A stretch of 64,000 bases of DNA from the human T2T-CHM13v2.0 reference genome, Homo sapiens: NCBI RefSeq assembly GCF_009914755.1, contig NC_060926.1; one strand, written 5' to 3'. Shown one piece after another: positions 58,980-64,000 of this stretch. The notes beneath the pieces were generated by a model. The model had not been told where the DNA came from. It saw nothing but the letters and a program-made list of their open reading frames with translations, and did no database searches. Both the position numbers and the translations under genes were made by a program. Each line of letters opens with the position of its first letter. Positions within the stretch are counted from its first letter, which is position 1.

Positions 58980-58997
58980 TGCTGCCGTGACTCGGAT
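58980..58997 (+). other. tRNA-His primer binding site, one mismatch
   Basis: TGCTGCCGTGACTCGGAT vs canonical TGGTGCCGTGACTCGGAT. Confidence 0.9.
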
Positions 58998-59048
58998 CAG
59001 GGGACCTCCCTTGGGAGATCAATCCCCTGTCCTCCTGCTTTTTGCTCC

Positions 59049-59846
59049 ATGAGAAAGATCCACCTACGACCTCAGGTCCTCAGACTGACCAGCCCAAGAA
59101 ACATCTCACCAATTTCAAATCCGCTATGCGGCCTCTTTTTACTCTCTTCTCCAACCTCCCTCACTATCCCTCAACCTCTTTCTCCTTTCAATCTTGGCGC
59201 CACACTTCAATCTCTCCCTTCTCTTAATTTCAATTCCTTTCATTTTCTGGTAGAGACAAAAGAGACATGTTTTATCCATGAACCCAAAACTCCGGCGCCG
59301 GTCACGGACTGGGAAGGCAGCCTTCCCTTGGTGTTTAATCATTGCAGGGACGCCTCTCTGATTCTACACTCACGTTTCAAGGGTGTCAGACCACGCAGGG
59401 ACGTCTGCCTTGGTCCTTCACCCTTAGTGGCAAGTCCCGCTTTCCTGGGGCAGGGGCAAGTACCCCTCAACCCCTTCTCCTTCACCCTTAGCGGCAAGTC
59501 CCGCTATCCTAGGGGGCAAGAACCCCCCAATCGCTTATTTCCGCACCCCAACCTCTTATCTCTGTGTTCCAATCCCTTATTTCCGCACCCTGACCTCTTA
59601 TCTCTGTGCCCCAATCCCTTATTTCCATGCCTCAACCCCTTCTCTGCTTTTCTGGAGGGCAAGAACCCCCCATCCCTTCTCCGTGTCTCTACTCTTTTCT
59701 CTGGGCTTGCCTCCTTCACTATGGGTAAGCTTCCACCTTCCATTCCTCCTTCTTCTCCCTTAGCCTGTGTTCTCAAAAACTTAAAACCTCTTCAACTCAC
59801 ACCTAACCTAAAACCTAAATGCCTTTTCTTCTGCAATGCCGCTTGA
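59049..59846 (+). CDS. Putative 265-aa HERV-H leader ORF, ESRG-ORF-like, in frame with the Gag N-terminus; translation unproven
   Basis: RKIHLRPQVLR...PAPVTDWEGSLPLVFNHCRDASL matches the recalled annotated ESRG ORF; ends MGKLPPSIPPSSPLACVLKNLKPL (HERV-H Gag start at 59721). Confidence 0.3.
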   Translation: MRKIHLRPQVLRLTSPRNISPISNPLCGLFLLSSPTSLTIPQPLSPFNLGATLQSLPSLNFNSFHFLVETKETCFIHEPKTPAPVTDWEGSLPLVFNHCRDASLILHSRFKGVRPRRDVCLGPSPLVASPAFLGQGQVPLNPFSFTLSGKSRYPRGQEPPNRLFPHPNLLSLCSNPLFPHPDLLSLCPNPLFPCLNPFSAFLEGKNPPSLLRVSTLFSGLASFTMGKLPPSIPPSSPLACVLKNLKPLQLTPNLKPKCLFFCNAA

Positions 59847-60925
59847 CCCCAATACAAACTCAAGAGTAGTTCCAAATAGCCAGAAAACGGCACTTTCAAT
59901 TTTTCCATCCTACAAGATCTAAATAATTCTTGTCGTAAAATGGGCAAATGGTCTGAGGTGCCTGACTTCCAGGCATTCTTTTACACATCAGTCCCTTCCT
60001 AGTCTCTGTGCCCAGTGCAACTTCTCCCAAATCTTCCTTCTTTCCCTCCCGCCTGTCCCCTCAGTGCCAACCCCAAGCGTCGCTGAGTCTTTCTAATCTT
60101 CCTTTTCTACAGACCCATCTGACCTCTCCCCTCCTCCACAGGCCGAGCTAGGTCCTAATTCTTCCTCAGCCTCCACTCCTCCACCCTATAATCTTTTTAT
60201 CGCCTCCCCTCCTCACACCTGCTCCGGCTTACAGTTTCATTCCGTGAGTAGCCCTCCCCCTCCCGCCCAGCAATTTATTCTTAAAAAGGTGGCTGGAGCT
60301 AAAGGCATAGTCAAGGTTAATGCTTCTTTTTCTTTATTCCAAATCAGATAGCGTTTAGGCTCTTTTTTATCAAATATAAAAATCCAGCCCAGTTCATGAC
60401 TCATTTGGCAGCAACCCTGAGACACTTTACAGCCCTAGACCCTAAAAGGTCAAAAGGCCATCTTATTCTCAAAATACATTTTATTACCCAATCTGCTCCC
60501 GACATTAAAACTCCAAAAATTAAATTCTGGCCCTCAAACCCCACAACAGGACTTAATTAACCTCACCTTCAAGGTGTACAATAATAGAAAAAAGTTGCAA
60601 TTCCTTGCCTCCACTGTGAGACAAACCCCAGCCACATCTCCAGCACACAAGAACTTCCAAACGCCTGAACCGCAGCGGCCAGGAGTTCCTCCAGAACCTC
60701 CTCCCACAGGAGCTTGCTACATATGCCGGAAATCTGGCCACTGGGCCAAAGAATGCCCGCAGCCCAAGATTCCTCCTAAGCCGCATCCCACCTGTGCGGG
60801 ACCCCACTGAAAATCGGACTGTTCAACTCACCTGGCAGCCACTCCCAGAGGCCCTGGAACTCTGGCCCAAGGCTCTCTGACTGACTCCTTCCCAGATCTT
60901 CTCGGCTTAGCGGCTGAAGACTGAC
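59721..60925 (+). pseudogene. gag: HERV-H gag, disrupted
   Basis: ATG at 59721; early stop at 59844; nucleocapsid CCHC knuckle CYICRKSGHWAKEC in ORF 60574-60810. Confidence 0.88.
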
Positions 60926-61290
60926 ACTGCCCGATCGCCTCGGAAGCCCCCAGACCATCACGGACGCCGAGCTTCGGGTAACTCTCACAGTGGAAGGTAA
61001 GCCCGTCCCCTTCTTAATCAATATGGAGGCTACCCACTCCACATTACCTTCTTTTCAAGGGCCTGTTTCCCTTGCCTCCATAACTGTTGTGGGTATTGAC
61101 AACCAGGCTTCTAAACCTCTTAAAACTCCCCAACTCTGGTGCCAACTTAGACAATACTCTTTTAAGCACTCTTTTTAGTTATCCCCACCTGCCCAGTTCC
61201 CTTATTAGGCTGAGACACTTTAACTAAATTATCTGCTTCCCTGAATATTCCTGGACTACAGCTATATCTCATTGCTGCCCTTCTTCCCAA
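60926..61290 (+). pseudogene. pro: HERV-H protease, disrupted
   Basis: GKPVPFLINMEATHSTLPSFQGPV; the aspartic-protease DTG motif reads NME. Confidence 0.85.
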
Positions 61291-62632
61291 TCCAAAGCCT
61301 CCTTTGCGTCCTCCTCTTGCATCCCCCCACCTTAACCCACAAGTATAAGATACCTCTACTCCCTCCTTGGCGACCAATCATGCACCCCTTACCATCTCAT
61401 TAAAACCTAATCACCCTTACCCTACTCAACGCCAATATCCCATCCCGCAGCATGCTTTGAAAGGATTAAAGCCTGTTATCACTCACCTGCTACAGCATGG
61501 CCTTTTAAAGCCTATAAACTCTCCTTACAATTCCCCCATTTTACCTGTCCTAAAACCAGACAAGCCTTACAAGTTAGTTCAGGATCTGCGCCTTATCAAC
61601 CAAATTGTTTTGCCTATCCACCCCACGGTGCCCAACCTGTACACTCTTTTGTCCTCAATACCTTACTCCACAACTCACTATTCCATGCTTGATCTTAAAG
61701 ATGTTTTTTGCACTATTCCCCTGCACCCCTCGTCCCAGCCTCTCTTTGCTTTCACTTAGACTGACCCTGACACCCATTAGGCTCAGCAAATTACCTAGGC
61801 TGTACTGCTGCAAAGCTTCACAGACAGCCCCCATTACTTCAATCAAGCCCAAATTTCTTCCTCATCTGTTACCTATCTCGGCATAATTCTCATAAAAACA
61901 CACGTGCTCTCCCTGCCAATCATGTCCGACTGATCTCTCAAACCCCAGCACCTTCTACAAAACAACAACTCCTTTCCTTCCTAGGCATGGTTAGCGTGGT
62001 TAGAATTCTTACACAAGAGCCAGGACCACACCCTGTAGCCTTTCTGTCCAAACAACTTGACCTTACTGTTTTAGCCTAGCCCTCATGTCTGCGTGCAGCG
62101 GCTGCCGCTGCTTTAATACTTTTAGAGGCCCTCAGAATCACAAACTATGCTCAACTCACTCTCTACAGTTCTCATAACTTCCAAAATCTATTTTCTTCCT
62201 CATACCTGACACATAGACTTTCTGCTTTCCGGCTCCTTCAGCTGTACTCACTCTTTGTTGAGTCTCCCACAATTACCGTTGTTCCTGGCCCAGACTTCAA
62301 TCTGACCTCCCACATTATTCCTGATACCACACCTGACCCCCATGACTGTATCTCTCTGATCCACCTGACATTCACCCCATTTCCCCAAATTTCCTTCTTT
62401 CCTGTTCCTCACCCTGATCACGCTTGATTTATTGATGGCGGTTCCACCAGGCCTAATCGCCACACACCAGCAAAGGCAGGTTATACTATAATACAAGCCA
62501 CTAGCCCGCCTCTTAGAACCTCTCATTTCCTTTCCATCATGGAAATCTATCCTCAAGGAAATAACTTCTCAGTGTTCCATCTGCTATTCTACTACTCCTC
62601 AGGGATTATTCAGGCCCCCTCCCTTCCCCACA
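61291..62632 (+). pseudogene. pol: HERV-H pol (RT and RNaseH remnants), disrupted and truncated before the integrase core
   Basis: SPYNSPILPVLKPDKPYKLVQDLRLIN and LDLKDVFCTIPL; later stops; TTTATTGATGGC (FIDG) RNaseH motif near 62428. Confidence 0.88.
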
Positions 62633-62805
62633 ACAGTGGGTGTGGTTGGTCTTTTTAATTTCAGCCATTTTAAGAGTGATGTAATGGTATCTCATTGTGA
62701 TTTTATTGTTTATTTCCCTAATGGCTATCATATACTTCTTCCCAATCCTTATATCCTCTTCGATAAAGTGGCTATTCACATTTTTTGCTCTGCTTTCTTA
62801 TTGAA
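62626..62805 (-). mobile_element. Old L1M fragment joined directly to HERV-H pol
   Basis: GTCTTTTTAATTTCAGCCATTTT...GGTATCTCATTGTGATTTT...ATTTCCCTAATG matches antisense L1 ORF2. Confidence 0.8.
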
Positions 62806-63170
62806 TTCACAAGCAGGTCTGACTGCAAACCCCCCATGCCCTAAAATGTGCAGTTCTTGCTGCTTATTCAGAAAATAAAAGCGATATATTGCATGTGCAA
62901 TTAATAGCAAGTTCTCTTTACTTCATGAGTGTATCCTCTGAAGGGGCTGCCCTGTTCAAGCACATGGTCTCCCCTTCATGCAGCTCAACAAAATGTATCC
63001 TACTCTAAAATGAATCCTTGTCAGAGTTTACTCTTCAGGGCATGAGCAGACAGGAAAAGCTTGCTTTTCCCTGATAGTAAAATTTAAAGACATGAAATCA
63101 CGGATGAAAATAAGTGGAGATAAGGTGAACTCAGATAAGTAAGATGGAGCAATGAGACAGAGAGCCACTA

Positions 63171-63357
63171 AAGGATGCCGTGTATAGCTGTGAAATTTGT
63201 TCATTGCACAGGGTAAGTGGCTGAAGGAGCAAGTGGAGTTTGTACCTAGACTCCATTTACTACTCCCAGGCTTATCCCCTTGCCCAGGGCTTCACTGACA
63301 GAGGGCGCTTAAAAAAAAAAATTGCACAAAGCTACAACATGAACTAGGGGTGGCCTC
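63171..63357 (+). mobile_element. MER91A-like (hAT-Tip100) element
   Basis: TGCCGTGTATAGCTGTG...TTGCACAGGG...CAGAGGGCGC...TTGCACAAAG...CTAGGGTGGCC. Confidence 0.6.
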
Positions 63358-64000
63358 GATGAACAGATTTCCTTTGTTTGTCTTTTGTTCTTTTACTATC
63401 TTCCAAACTCATAGCATCACATTACCATGCTGGATTCTGCATTATTCATGTCAAATAATCTGCTAAATAATGTGTCCTAGAAGGCATGATATGAACCAAG
63501 GTAGCTCACATAAAAAAAGAAAAAATAATGGCATAAATGATAAATGAAATACAGATTCTTAAAGAAATTTTATGGTATTTAATTAATCTACCAGTTTTAC
63601 TAAGTTGCTTTCAAGTGAAATGGCTCTTTACCAGTGCCTTTTGAAAAGGTTAGAAGTGAATTCCCTGAGCTACAATCATTAGCATATAGATGTCTCTAAG
63701 TGTTAATTTCTGTTTTCACTGAATGAATGTAATTTAAAATGAGGCTCTTTCAAATCAGTTAACTTCGGCCATTTGAGAAAGATAAGAAAAATGGACTCAA
63801 GCATGAACCCCCAGCAGAACCTGCTTCTTCGGGATAAGTACTATATGCCACAGTCACGCACTACTTTGGGAAATTACAGATCTTTTCAGAAAGAGAAAGA
63901 GAGTTTGAGGTGAGCAGGTTAAAAGGACCCAAAACATTTGCTTTCGATTTAGCTAATCATGAAAAGGAAATTGAAATTGAATGAAGAAATCAATTTTGAA

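Larger units (their letters stand above)
58494..62632 (+). mobile_element. HERV-H provirus, 3'-truncated (5'LTR7, leader, gag, pro, partial pol; no env or 3'LTR)
   Basis: LTR7, His-type PBS, Gag zinc knuckle, protease and RT peptides; HERV-H similarity stops abruptly at about 62632. Confidence 0.96.

Noticed and set aside
59400-59640. Short direct repeats in the HERV-H leader (CTTATTTCCGCACC, GCAAGTCCCGCT) as a CRISPR-like or novel array
   Set aside because: These are ordinary internal repeats of the HERV-H leader, with no unique spacers, in a eukaryotic context.
60574-61886. HERV-H gag/pro/pol ORF pieces as functional genes
   Set aside because: Multiple stops and frameshifts, protease active site lost, RT interrupted, integrase core absent.

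Overview
AT-rich primate genomic DNA. AluJ/S/Y elements plus an LTR7-type HERV-H point to human or another ape. I found no protein-coding exon, tRNA, rRNA, CpG island or CRISPR array that I can support. Layout: (i) 1-22 kb is a dense mosaic of old repeats (L1MA, L1MC/MD, L1ME, L1MB, L2, MLT1/MLT2, LTR40, a full-length THE1D provirus, MER1B). It also holds three local copy events: a >=254-bp inverted duplication, a 117-bp tandem duplication and a short ectopic templated copy. (ii) About 23-33 kb is nearly free of recognisable transposons and has homeodomain/MEIS/PBX-HOX motif clusters, like a developmental-gene regulatory landscape. (iii) 33-58 kb mixes unique DNA with MIR, L2, Alu and THE1. 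(iv) 58.5-62.6 kb is an unusual HERV-H: an LTR7up-like 5' LTR with a 31-bp duplication, a mutated major splice donor, a 265-codon ESRG-like ORF in frame with the Gag start, and a 3' half and 3' LTR apparently removed by a deletion. Repeat family and subfamily calls come from recalled consensus sequences and need RepeatMasker/Dfam confirmation. I see no convincing new biological system; the HERV-H unit and the local duplications are the best leads.
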